64,000 bases of DNA from Mobula hypostoma. Taxonomy: Eukaryota. The stretch is from NCBI RefSeq assembly GCF_963921235.1, contig NC_086108.1, positions 78,990,001 through 79,054,000 of the forward strand. The letters run 5' to 3'. Shown piece by piece: positions 52,384 through 64,000 of this stretch. Each line of letters opens with the position of its first letter. Position 1 is the first letter of the stretch. The notes beneath the pieces were generated by a model. The model ran no database searches and was not told the origin of the DNA. It worked only from the letters and a program-made list of their open reading frames with translations. A program made the position numbers and the translations under genes.

Positions 52384-54639
52384 GCCTCTTTCTTTATCAT
52401 TGATTGGTCAAATTCATTCTATTAAAAAGAATATTTTACCTAAATTTATATACCTTTTTCAAGTTGTACCTGTTTTTATTCCTAAGTCTTTCTTTGATTA
52501 TTTCTATTCTTTTCTTTCTTCCTATATATGGAAGAACAGAAAACCTTGATTAAATAAAGCCCACCTTCAAAAAATTAAAAAGAATGGAGGCCTTGCTCTA
52601 CTGAATTTTAGGTTATATTATCGGGCAATTAACATACGAAATCTTATATTATATTATATTAATTGTGAGGATTGTCCAATATGGGTCTTTTTGGACAGAT
52701 TAGAGAATTTTTAAGATCTAAACTACAAATATTTCCTACCAGCCTGGAAAAGAACATAATAGATGTAATTTTTAATTTAAAGCCTTTTGATAATGGCTCA
52801 ATATCTTATATTTATGGTCTATTGTTGGGACTAAGAATGGCTCCTTTAAGACAAAATTAAAAAAGATTAGGAAAAGGATTTACAGACTTCATTATCTCAT
52901 GAGACCTGGAGGACTATTTTCAAAATGGTTAATTCTTCATCATTATGTGCTCGTCACTCCCACCTACCATTTAAAGTGGTACATAGGGTTCATATGTCTA
53001 AAGACAAGCTCTCTCGTTTTATTGCAGATATATCTCCTTATTGTGACAGATGTAATAATGGAGAGGCTTCATTAATTCATATGTTTTGGTCATGTTCGAG
53101 CCTTGAATAATATGTATAATAATGATGTATTCCAAACTTTTTCTGTACTTTTTAAAGTTAATTTTAAGCCCAATCCTTTGACTGCCTTATTTGGTATTGT
53201 TGAGGAAAGAGCTTTAATTTTGGAGCCTTCTCACTTGCGGGTATTGGTTTTTATTTCTCTTATGTCTAGGAGGGCGATCTTGCTTAAATGGAAGGAGGTT
53301 GCGCCCCCCCCCCCCCATACATGCTCAATGGTTATGCGATGTTATGTCATGTTTAAATTTAGAGAAGATTCATTGATTTCTGATTCTAATCAAGATTTTC
53401 AAACATTATGGGGTCCCTTTCTGAACTATTTTGAAAATCTTTGAATTGTTATTGTTGTTAAAATATAGATCTGGGCTATTATTATAAGACACTATATGGT
53501 GAAGTACTCTTTTTTTTCTTATTTTTTTAAACCAACCAGCTTTGTCTTGGTAGTAGATGTAGATATTTTTAAAAATAATACAATTAACCATATTATTGTA
53601 TTTCATAATTCAATTAATTATATTAGATTGATTATAAATATGGGATTCCGCGATTGTATCAGTGTGATTTATATATAGTGCATCATGTTCTACCTTATTT
53701 TGATTTATAATAAGTATCCTTATGAATTCTGTATTTATGTAAATGAGATTTAATAAATTTAATAAAAATATTGGAAAAAGAAGCTGGGGATTTGGAACTC
53801 TGCTATACCTACAAGGGTGGGTTGATTATCGATCCAGCGCATATCGAATGTGTGGCTGTCACTTTGTATTATCTGTAGGAGAGGATTAAGGAATGTCCTG
53901 TGGGACCACTCGAAGTTAACCCTTGCCTGGGTATGTTATGTGGTAACCCCTTGAAGATGACATCCCTGTGACAGATCACTCTGGTGGTAATTTGTATGTG
54001 GATTTGGAACGGCTCTTCGATGGAGTATCTTCGACAACTGCTATTTATTAATTACCATTGTGGAACCTGTAGAATTTGACCTAATTGCCTTCTCTCTACA
54101 TTTACCCTGGATTACAAATACCTCTCTCCTATCATTCATTCCGTGGATGAACTGAACTTTCCTACTTTACCATCTCAAGACTCTAAGCTTTATTCCCCCA
54201 AGCTCAACATGGTTTGGGAGCTATATTTACACACCTATATACACGTAACACTGTTAACATTTGTTTATCTTGGTTAAGTTACGATATTATAAGTAGATAC
54301 TAATAAAGATGGTTTTAAAGATTAAAACCCAAATCAGTGTGAAATCTCTTGCTGCTGATTTATTTCTAAAACGTTACAGTACGTAACAATAAATATTGTT
54401 TTCACAGCACAAGACCTGACACTGGGGCCCCTCCGTATTAGAAGCCTGACCCTACAGAGCACCTGGGGCCAAGTTTCGATATTGAAGCTGCATCAAACTT
54501 AAGGCTGGGGCAGCCCACCCCACTTCAGGATTTTCAGACATATATGGGAATGACAACAGGCCAGCTGAATGTACTCCAAGCCAGCCAAGGAGAAATTACT
54601 TATCCCCCAGTCCAGAGGAATCTATTCCAGGTCTTCAGA

Positions 54640-57600
54640 TCTGTCCTTATGTAATCATTTACCTTCCAGTCCAGGTGGCTCCATTCCAGGACCCACAGGA
54701 TGGACAAGATGCAGCTATTTACCTTGGAAGCATGATAAGAGGGCTGCAGGTGAGACTGAAACAGCATGGGTTCAAGCTCCCTTCCCCCAACACTCCCCAG
54801 CATACTTCTTACCTGGGCAAAAACACTCTTGACCATTGCTATACAACCATAAAAGATAATGACCAAGTTACATCCAGTTCACACTTCTGTAAATTGGACC
54901 AGCAGGCTGTGTTCCTTCCTGCAACCAAACAGAAGCTGAAACATGAGGATTCAGTACAGAAAGTCATTTTGTGCTTGTCTGAGGGAACAGATGAGCTTCT
55001 CTGTGACTGATTTGAGTCAGTAGACTGAATCATGTTCAAAGACTCAGCACTCAGCCTAGATGAGTATGTCGTCACCTTTGTGGACTTTATCAGCAAGTGT
55101 GTTGAGGACCATGTACCAAAGAGGACATCCCAGGTGTTAGCAAACCAGAAACCATAGATAAACCAGGAGATCCACTCCTTTCTGAAGGCTAGAACTGCAG
55201 CATTCAAACCAGATGACACTGACCTTTACAAGAAATCGAGATACAATATAACCTTTGTAAAGCTATCAGGGATGCCAGGAGACAAAACCAGTCCAAAATC
55301 AAGTTCCAGACCAGCTGTTATTTGTGTCAGCGCTTACGTGCTATAACAGGCTACAAGATAAAGTTAGGCAGCATTGCTGACAACAGCATATTCCTTCCCA
55401 CTGAGCTTAATGCGTTCTTTAAAACATTTTGAACAGAAGGGGATTGGAATGTCACCATCCGCCCCGACAAGATCTTCCAGAGAGTGAACCTGTAATAAGC
55501 AACTGGCTCAGTGTTGTCCCTGGCAGTGTCCTTGGATCCTGTGGTGATCAGCTGGGGAGTTATTTGCAGAAATGTATAACCTCTCCTTGCTTCAGTGTGA
55601 GGTTCCCACCTGCTTTAAACAGATCACTATCATCCAGGTACCCTAAAAAGTACAAGTAATGTGCTTTAATGACTATTGCCCTGTGGTTCTGACGCCCACA
55701 ATCATGAAGTGCTTTGTAAGGTTGGTCATGTGACACGTTAACTTCAGACAACCTCGACCAATGTAATTCACCTACCACCAAAACAGGACTCCGGCGGACA
55801 GCATCACCCTGGCTCTACGTTCATTTCTGGATCATCTGGAGAGTAAAGACAGCTACCTTAGACTATTGGTTATTCATCAAATTCATCTCCCAACTCCTGG
55901 ACCTAGGACTCAACACTTCCCTTTGCAACTGTATCATTGACTTTCCGACCAACAGACTGCAGCAGCACTAATACAACAATGACATTTAAGAAACTCTTAG
56001 ATAGGCACAAGGATGCAGGTAAGAAAAATGAGGGGTTATGGGCAATGTTCCCTCTAATTTTTAGTAGTCAATGTGCGCAAAAATCTAATGTTGTGCAAAT
56101 TTTTTTCCTGTGACGTAAGTATGTGCGCACTGAATGCACACATGGCACAATTTATTTAGGTTTACAAAATATTTGACATAAATCTGCACAGAATAACAAC
56201 AAAATAACAAACATATTTAATTCACTCAGTTATACTTTCTCTCTCCTGTCTTTGGCATTTACGCATTCTTTGTAAACTCTATCTAGACTAATAGAACTTC
56301 CATCCAATTGAATAGCTTTTGATTCTCATTGACTTATCCAAATGACAGTCACCTAAACGGTTTCTCAGCTTGTTTTTGAGTTGATTTATTAGGCTAGAAC
56401 CTCGCTCACAGTCCGCACTAGATGCAAGAAATGTTCCCCCAATGTCCATCAACTGTGCAAGGTTGCAAAACTGTTCATTTTGAAGTACAAATGACACCAT
56501 TTGAGCAAAGTTAGGATTTAATTTTTAATTTGCCCATAACCCCTCATTTTTCTTACCTGCATCCTTGTGCCTATCTAAGAGTTTCTTAAATGTCATTGTT
56601 GTATTAGTGCTGCTGCAGTCTGTTGGTCGGAAAGTCAATGATACAGTTGCAAAGGGAAGTGTTGAGTCCTAGGTCCAGGAGTTGGGAGATGAATTTCAGT
56701 TTGGATTTAATTTTTTCTTGCACGGAAAATTTGAAATCATTAAACTGTCTAATATTACAGTATTTTCAGCTAGAAATTCATGATATTTTAGACATAAGGC
56801 ATTAACCTGTTCATCGCCAAACGTGAAGTCACAATCTGCAATCACGGAGAAATCAAAAGCTGACCATTCTTGTACCTCGTCTTCAGGAAACCTTTCTTCT
56901 AAATGAACACAAAGACTATTTATAAAAGTCAACAGCGAACTTGTATCTACTGTGACGTTTTCTTCACGTTGTTGGCTTAGCAAAACTTTAACTTTGTCAC
57001 TCCACGAAACATTGTCTCCCAGATACTGCTTTCTTATCTTGTTAATTTTGCCTCATGCAAAATGAAGTGAATCAATCGGTGTCAGGTCACTCTTTTGCAG
57101 AATCGTGCACAGTGCAGCCAGTTCATCAAAGACATCACTTAAAACCTGTAAAGCTACTTTGTATGCGATGTTTCTTGATTTCTTGTGACAGTGTTCAGCC
57201 ACAGGATCATTTGACCGATCTTCTTCAAAGTATGTGATCAGTACCTCATAATTTTTTATTATTGCCTGCAATGCAAAGTGTCTGGATAACCATCTGATTT
57301 CATTAAGTGGTCTGAAAGCAACAGCTTCATTTTTAGTGGCCTCTGCAATTTCTTTAAATTCGCATCTTTTAACTGCAGATCAAGAAAACATTGTATAGAT
57401 TGTTCTCATCAAAGTTTCAATGTCTTTGATTAACTTGACTTCTTTCCATGCATCGCAAATCCCCAGATCTTCACGGTGTGCTACACAGTGTTGCTGAACT
57501 AAGTGTGAAATGTCCTGTTTAAGTCTTGCTGCAACACCATTAACTTTGCCCAACATTACTGATGCTCCATCAGATGTAAACATCACCATTTTATGGAGGT

Positions 57601-59995
57601 CAAGTTTCTTCTCTTCATAAAACTGCTTGATCGCTGAAACAACAGAGGAAGCATCACATGCCTAGAGCTGAACTATTCCCCCTAAAAACGTTTTGTAAAC
57701 AGTACAATCTTTAGATCTGAATTTGAAGTACAGAATGAGACATTTGTTGACAGATATGTCTGTGGTTTCATCAACTGCTAACGTGTGAAAATCTGCGGAT
57801 GCTATTTCTTCAAACATGTCTTTCTGAACAATATAGTTGATAGTCTCCAGAAATTCGAAGGCATAATTTTTGCTTCGCCAGCTGTCTGGGAGTTGAACAT
57901 ACTTTTCCATATGTTCATTAATTGTACTGAATGTAAAGAATTATTCCTTTTAACAGCTAAGAACATACTGTCGATAAGAACTTTAATCTCCTCTGGGTTT
58001 GATCGTTTTCACTCTCGCTCACCTGCACTCAACCGTAACATGTGTAACACTCCTGTAACAGGTAATGACAGGTTCTGTTGCCTGAGCAACAGAATATACC
58101 GTATACCGTCAGTATACCGTCCAAATGTGATTTACTTGCCAAATGACACTTCAAAAAGTCAAGTTTCCAAATATCATCCCACTTCTTTCCAATAGCAAAT
58201 CCTCCAGCAACTTTCGCGTCACGACAATACAGTTAACTCCAGTTTCCAAATCATAAATAAATGTTTCTCGTAGCTGAACGTTCATGACCTCATGAGCTTT
58301 TGGTGTAACAGTTTCTACTACTTTGCTAAGCCATTCAACTTTAAACAAATTTGCAGTTCTTTTGCGCTTCACGCCCTTCGCTTCTTTTGAATTCGACATA
58401 GTGAATCAATATTTTTTCCAATAAAAACAAGATTTGAAACAGGTCTTTGTAAACTTTACGATCTGAACACTGTCTGCCAAACATAGCTGCCGCCGTGATG
58501 CAGCTGTACAAACCGGAACAGGAAAGGTGAGGTGATGTAAATTAGCGACATGCATTGTGGTTTTTAAAAAACTGACTAACTAGTTGACAGAAACAGTTAG
58601 CTAAAAATATTATATTCAATAAGTATAATTATTTTTGGTGTGTGTGTCCGTGCATATGCGATGTTGGCGGGACAATTACAATGTCTTTTCCATGCCTTTA
58701 CAAGGCACAGAGCAAGAGACAGAGCGACTGTGTGGCGTGCCATTCCTCACACAGACATTTCGCAGTATTTTTCCCTTTTTATTTTAGGTAACTGACCTTT
58801 TGTGTGCACATTAATTTCCTTTGTGCGCTGGTTGAAAAACGTGTGTGCGCACGCACATGCGCACAGATTAGAGGGAACTATGGTTATGGGTTGTGTAGGA
58901 GGGAAGGTTTACATTGATCATGGTGTACATTTATATAGGTTGGCACAACATTGGAGGCTGAAGGCCCCACACTGTGCTGTAATGTTCCTTGCTCTAACAC
59001 CTCCACCATGATTACCCTCAGTACTAGTGCCCCACAAGATTGGATTCTCATTCCCCTACTCTACTCCCTGTACACTCAGGACTGTGCAGCTACATTTTGC
59101 TTTGACCTCATCTACACATTTGCAGATGATACCACCACAGTGTCCTGTGTCTCAAATTGTCAAGAGTACAGGGAGGAGATATACAGTCTAACAACATGAC
59201 ATTATGAAGACAAACTTCCCCCCAGTGTCAACAAGACAAAAGAACTGGTCATTGACTTCAGGAAGTGGGACAGAGTGCATGCCCCTGGTTACATGAACGG
59301 TGTGGAGGTTGATGGAGTTGAATGTTTCAAGTTCCTACAAGTGAACATCACCAATAGCCCATCCTGGACAACACAACCAAGAAATCACAACAGCATCTCC
59401 ACTTCTTCGGGAGGCGAGAGAAATTTAGCATGTCTCCTTTAACCATCACCAATTTTTACTCACCCACCATAGAACACATCCTACCCAGATGTATCATGGC
59501 TTAGCATGGTAAGTACTTTGGCACTGACTGCATGAAATTCTGGAAAGTTGTGGACATCATGAGAAGAAGCTTCCCCTCCATGTACTCTGTCCATACTTAT
59601 TGCTGCCTTGGTAAAGAAGCTAACATAATGCAAGAACCCAGCTGTTCTCCCTTCTTCCATCTGGCAGAAGATATAAAAGCCTGAAAGCACATCCCATCAG
59701 GTACAAAGGCAGCTTTATCCTATTGTTATAAGATTATAGAACATTTCGCTAATATGATAAAATGGACTCTTGACCTCACAGTCTATCTCATTATGACCTT
59801 GCACATTAGTACTTGCAGTTTAGTATTTACCTGCACTACAATTGTAATACTTCATTCTATTTTCTGTTACTCTTTTAGCTTGTACTACCTCAATGCACTG
59901 CTGTACTGAATTGATCTGTATGAATGGTATTGAAGATAAGTCTTCAATAACTGTGTATCACTACATGTGACAATAATAAACCAATTTATCAATTT
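54640..59995 (+). mobile_element. Degenerate Rex1/Babar-like LINE interrupted by a CR1 tail and a hAT transposon
   Basis: TLDHCYTTIK, NQKP and SAPQD...LLYSLYT...FADDTT remnants; tail tgacaataataaaccaatt. Confidence 0.75.
56043..58882 (-). mobile_element. hAT (Tip100/ZNF862-like) DNA transposon with decayed transposase
   Basis: TIRs CAATGTTCCCTCTAAT / ATTAGAGGGAACTATG; exact 8-bp TSD GTTATGGG (56035-56042, 58883-58890); motifs AVDETTD, FTSDGASVMLG, HCVAHR, SSADCERG on the minus strand, 58399-56270. Confidence 0.93.
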
Positions 59996-60787
59996 ACAAT
60001 CCATCAGTTGTCATACTAACACTCTCTTCAGCATCCCTACCGGCGTACTCCCAATGACAGTTTCAAACTAAGCCAACCCATTCAGTGTTTTGGACTGGCA
60101 TAGCCCATCAATCAAAAAGCCTGCTAGTAATCAATAGCAGTAAAATATATTTTTATAGTATTTATTAGATTGCTTCTCTGAGACAGTACATCCCATTTAT
60201 TGTGTTGTTTAAATATGATGAAATACAGAAATAATTTTTTGGAAAGTAGCCATAGTGTTGTATAGCAAAGAATGTTACAATAGGAAGGTAATTCTGTCAA
60301 GGAAATATTTTTTGGTTTGTCTTTTCATAGAAACATAGAAAATCTACAGCACATTACAGGCCCTTCAGCCTACAATGTTGTGCCAACCATGTAACCTACT
60401 CTAGAAACTGCCTAGAATTTCTCTATCGCATAGTCCTCTATTTTTCTAAGTGCCATGTACCTATCTAAGAGTCTCTTAAAAGATCCTATTGTGTCTGCTT
60501 CTAACACCTTTGCTGGCAATGCATTCCATGCACCCACCACTCTCTGTGTGAGAAACTTATCCCTGACATCCCCCTTGTATCTACTTCCAAGCATCTTAAA
60601 ACTCTGCCCCTTTGTGTTAGCCATTTCAGCCCTGGGAAAAGCCTCTGGCGATCCACACGATCAATGCCTCTCATCATCTTATACACCTCTATCAGGTCAC
60701 CTCTTATCCTCCATCACTCCAAGGAGAAAAGGCCAAAAACACTCAACCTATTCTCATGCTTTCCAATCCAGGCAACATCCTTGTAAA

Positions 60788-61624
60788 CGCATACATGAGA
60801 AATTCTGCAGATGCTGGAAATTCAAGCAACACACATCAAGGTTGCTGGTGAACACAGCAGGCCAGGCAGCATCTCTAGGAAGAGGTACAATAGACATTTT
60901 GGGCTGAGACCCTTCGTCAGGACTAACTGAAAGAAGAGCTAGTAAGAGATTTTAAAGTGGGGGGGACATCCAAAATGATAGGAGTAGACAGGAGGGGGAG
61001 GGATGGAGCCAAGAGCTGGACAGGTGATTGGCAAAAGGGATATGAGTGGATCATGGGACAGGAGGCTCTGGTCTGCCAGAGAAAGCAGGATCTCCCAGTG
61101 GCCACACATTTTAATTCCACATCCCATTCCCATTCTGATATGTCTATCCACGGCCTCCTCTACTGTAAAGATGAAGCCACACTCAGGTTGGAGGAACAAC
61201 ACCTTATATTCCGTCGGGGTATCCTCCAACCTGATGGCATGAACATTGACTTCTCAAACTTCCGCTGATGCCCCACCTCCCCCTCGTACCCCATCCATTA
61301 TTTATTTATTTATTTACACACATTCTTTCCCTCTCTCTCCTTTTTCTCCCTCTGTCCCTCTCACTATACCCCTTGCCCATCCTTTCGGTTTTCCCCCCAT
61401 CCCCCTTTTCTTTCTCCCTGGGCCTCCTGTCCCATGATCCTCTCATATCCCTTTTGATAATCAACTTTCCAGCTCTTAGCTCCATCCCTCCCCCTCCTGT
61501 CTTCTCCTATCATTTTGGATCTCCCTCTCCCCCTCCCACTTTCAAATCTCTTACTAGGTCTTCTTTCATTTAGTCCTGACGAAGGATCTCGGCCCGAAAC
61601 GTTGACTGTACCTCTTCCTAGAGG
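60788..61624. mobile_element. PLE insertion with inverted arms (minus arm to about 61068; plus arm with GIY-YIG C-terminus, 3'UTR and hammerhead 61570-61608)
   Basis: Exact 14-bp TSD AACATCCTTGTAAA (60774-60787, 61625-61638); DLPVATHFNSTSHS...LEEQHLIF. Confidence 0.9.
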
Positions 61625-61739
61625 AACATCCTTGTAAATCTCCTCTGCGTTCTCTCTATAGCATCCATATCCTTCCTGTAATGAGGTGGCCAGAACTGAA
61701 TACAATACTCCAAGTGGGGTCTAACTAAGGTCTTATATA

Positions 61740-62837
61740 CAGACATCCCACCTCTCCCGGAAGTTCTGGGAGTCTCCTGCATATTATTAGCAGCTCCCTG
61801 ACCCCCGCAAATTATATACAATATCTCGGAAACGAGAGGGAGAGCGAGAGCGGGCATCCTGATTGGTCTCTCTTTGTGCTAAGCAGACCTATCAGTTTTC
61901 TCTGTGGGCAGGCCTTACAGTCGACCTCTGTCTCTCCATCAGTTCTGTTTCGTGTCCTGCACCGCCATGGCAAAGTGTTTCAAAAAAAGAAAATATAAAA
62001 CGTACTTCACCCCAGACTACACTAAAGTGTACCCCTGCCTAATAGGGGTCAAAAATAATGACAGTGTTGCTCGCTGCACTGTTTGCAACAGTGACTTTTC
62101 TATTGCCCGTGGTGGGTTAGGACTGTAAAAAACATGTTGAGGTGAGTTTAACGGGTGTCATTCGTTCATTAGCATAGCTAACGTTATTTAAACTAGCTGG
62201 CTAGCTGCTAAGGAGCTACCCTATTGATGTCCTACGTGATGAGGCCAAACTCCCTGTAGATGTGCTTAAAGTTGTAATAGAATTAATATAAATGACTCCA
62301 TGATAATATACAAGTACATACTGTATTTTAATGTCACATTTTCTGCATATACCCAGTTTACAGATTACAGACTGGTTTGCAGATTAGACAAAATCACTAA
62401 ACAAAGTACTACATAAGACAATATAATAAGGATACACCTTACGCTTTTATTTCTTTTAGGGACCACAACATATTAGGGAGACTAATCGCAGGGAAGGCTG
62501 CTCAAGTATTTCACAGTTCTTTTCAGCAGAGCCACATCACAGTACAAGGAAAGTTTGCAAAAGAAATAGAAAAGGTATTTGCATTAGCATTGAGATTGCC
62601 AACAAAATACTCAACAAGTAGAGTGTGTGTGTGTGTGTGTGTGTTTGTGTGTGTAAATAGTTTCAATATGTGTAAAATAAATTGTGTTCTTTCATAATCA
62701 AATGCCCCATATACATGCACCCTTGGAGGTCGACCAGTGGGGGGGCGGGATATGGGGTTGCGGGGGGCGGGGGTGCTGCCTCCCTGAAATGGTGGTGCTA
62801 TCTCCCTGAAATGAGTTTTTGCAGGGTGCGATGTCTG
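61740..62837 (+). mobile_element. Non-autonomous hAT-like element, copy 2
   Basis: TIRs CAGACATCCCACC / GGTGCGATGTCTG; BED-finger-like N-terminus from ATG 61968 (MAKCFKKRKY...ARCTVCNSDFSI) followed by a gtgagt donor; flanks TATATA/TGTATA. Confidence 0.85.
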
Positions 62838-63689
62838 TGTATAGCAATAAAATTGCCTCTCGGCTCTTAAACTCAATCCCACAGTTGATATGCCTTCTTA
62901 AGTGGATATGCACACTGTCAACCTGTGTAGCAGCTTTGAGTGTCCTATGAACATGGACTCCAAGATCTTTCTGATCCTCCATACTGCCAAGAGTCTTACA
63001 ATTAATATTATATTCTGTCTTCAAACTTGACCAACTGAAATGACCCACTTCACACTTATCTGGGTTGAACTCCATCTGCCACTTCTTAGACCAGTTCTGA
63101 ATCCAATCAATGTCCCGCTGTAACCTTTGACAACTTTCCAGACTATCCACAACACCCCCAACTTCTGTATCATCAGCAAACTTACTAACCCACCCTTCTA
63201 CTTCCTCACCCAGGTCATTTATAAAAATCACAAAGAGGAGGGGTCCCAGAACACATCCCTATGGAACACCATTGGTCACCGTCCTCCATGCAGAATACCA
63301 ATCATCCACAACCACCCTTTGCCTTTTGTGGTCAAGCCAATACTGGATCCACAAAGTAAGGTTACCTTGGATCCCATGCCTTGTTACTTCCTGAATGAGC
63401 CTCGCCTGGGGAACCTTATCAAGAGCCTTACTGAAATCCATATACACCACATTCACTGCTTTACCTTCACTGCTCTACTTTTCCTAGAAATAGTACTGTT
63501 TTTATCCTAATGGTCTTCAGAGCCACCATTGATCCAATGAGAAGATGGATAGACAAATGTCTCCAGTATTTTGCTCAGAATCTGGTGCTAAAAATGCATT
63601 CAGCCTGAGCCTATAAGTAATTACACACTCATGCTCCCCATGAAAAGTCCCATTTGCACTTGTCTGTTTGGAAAGATTATTAAGACCCT

Positions 63690-64000
63690 GATATACAGCA
63701 AGGTTTAGAAGGAGCTAGCTATGGAAGTGGTTGATTTCCTGGTTTCCATCTTCCACACAAGCACAGATTTTAGAATGGTTACTGTAGATTTGAATATAAC
63801 CGCATAAATTAAGGAAGATGATTGAAAACGGGAAACCATAGACCCATTGACCTGACATCAGTATGAGGAAATTGCTGAAATCACTTGCCAAGGAAATAAT
63901 AATAGAACACTTATAAAACAGGAATAGAATTATTGGGCGTCTACGTGGAAAAGTCCAAGTGAAATATGGTTTGATAAATTTGTTGGAGATTTTTGAGGCT
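63690..64000 (+). mobile_element. Decayed CR1 RT fragment running off the window
   Basis: Remnants ggaaaccatagacccattgacctgacatcagt and tgataaatttgttggagattttt. Confidence 0.55.

Larger units (their letters stand above)
49552..53779 (+). mobile_element. Older L1-clade LINE, 5'-truncated, fragmented ORF2
   Basis: GKSPGPD, DVEKAFDRVEW, YADDLLL, CDRC...HMFWSC across broken ORFs; AATAAA and a short A tail at about 53761-53779. Confidence 0.9.
44634..54388 (+). mobile_element. Solo Gypsy-type LTR expanded by nested insertions
   Basis: TGTTACG...CGTAACA termini; 4-bp TSD ATAA (44630-44633, 54389-54392); AATAAA near 54302. Confidence 0.8.
60326..63470 (-). mobile_element. CR1 LINE (RT to 3' tail) with nested PLE and hAT-like element
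   Basis: VVYMDFSKA, WVSKFADDT, LVRPHLEYCIQFW; tail (ttctatg)n. Confidence 0.88.

Noticed and set aside
19620..64000. DPH2 or another neighbour expected from mammalian synteny
   Set aside because: No exons recognised by eye; small exons could have been missed

Overview
Vertebrate genomic DNA. The repeat complement (HE1-like SINEs, CR1, Penelope-like, Rex1/Babar, L1) suggests a cartilaginous fish, probably a ray; this is an inference. The only host gene I can support is ATP6V0B (V-ATPase V0 c'' subunit) on the minus strand. Exons 1-6 (400 coding nt, all introns GT-AG) lie at 19420->495, and its CpG-rich promoter carries CLEAR/M-box, CCAAT and ZNF143 motifs; the last exons fall outside the window. 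The rest is a dense, nested transposon landscape. (1) Penelope-like elements (PLEs) carry minimal hammerhead ribozymes of two families; four independent insertions have exact 14-bp target duplications and most have inverted termini. (2) A complete CsRn1-type Gypsy provirus has a tRNA-Trp PBS and a -1 frameshift pseudoknot. (3) A rearranged Gmr1-like LTR composite encloses a BEL/Pao fragment. (4) A solo LTR is inflated to about 9.8 kb by two L1s, a hAT derivative and a PLE. (5) A hAT transposon contains a perfect 167-bp inverted copy of its own flank. (6) A Tigger-like element has an internal hairpin. All calls were made by eye without searches, so family names and the boundaries of old repeats are approximate.
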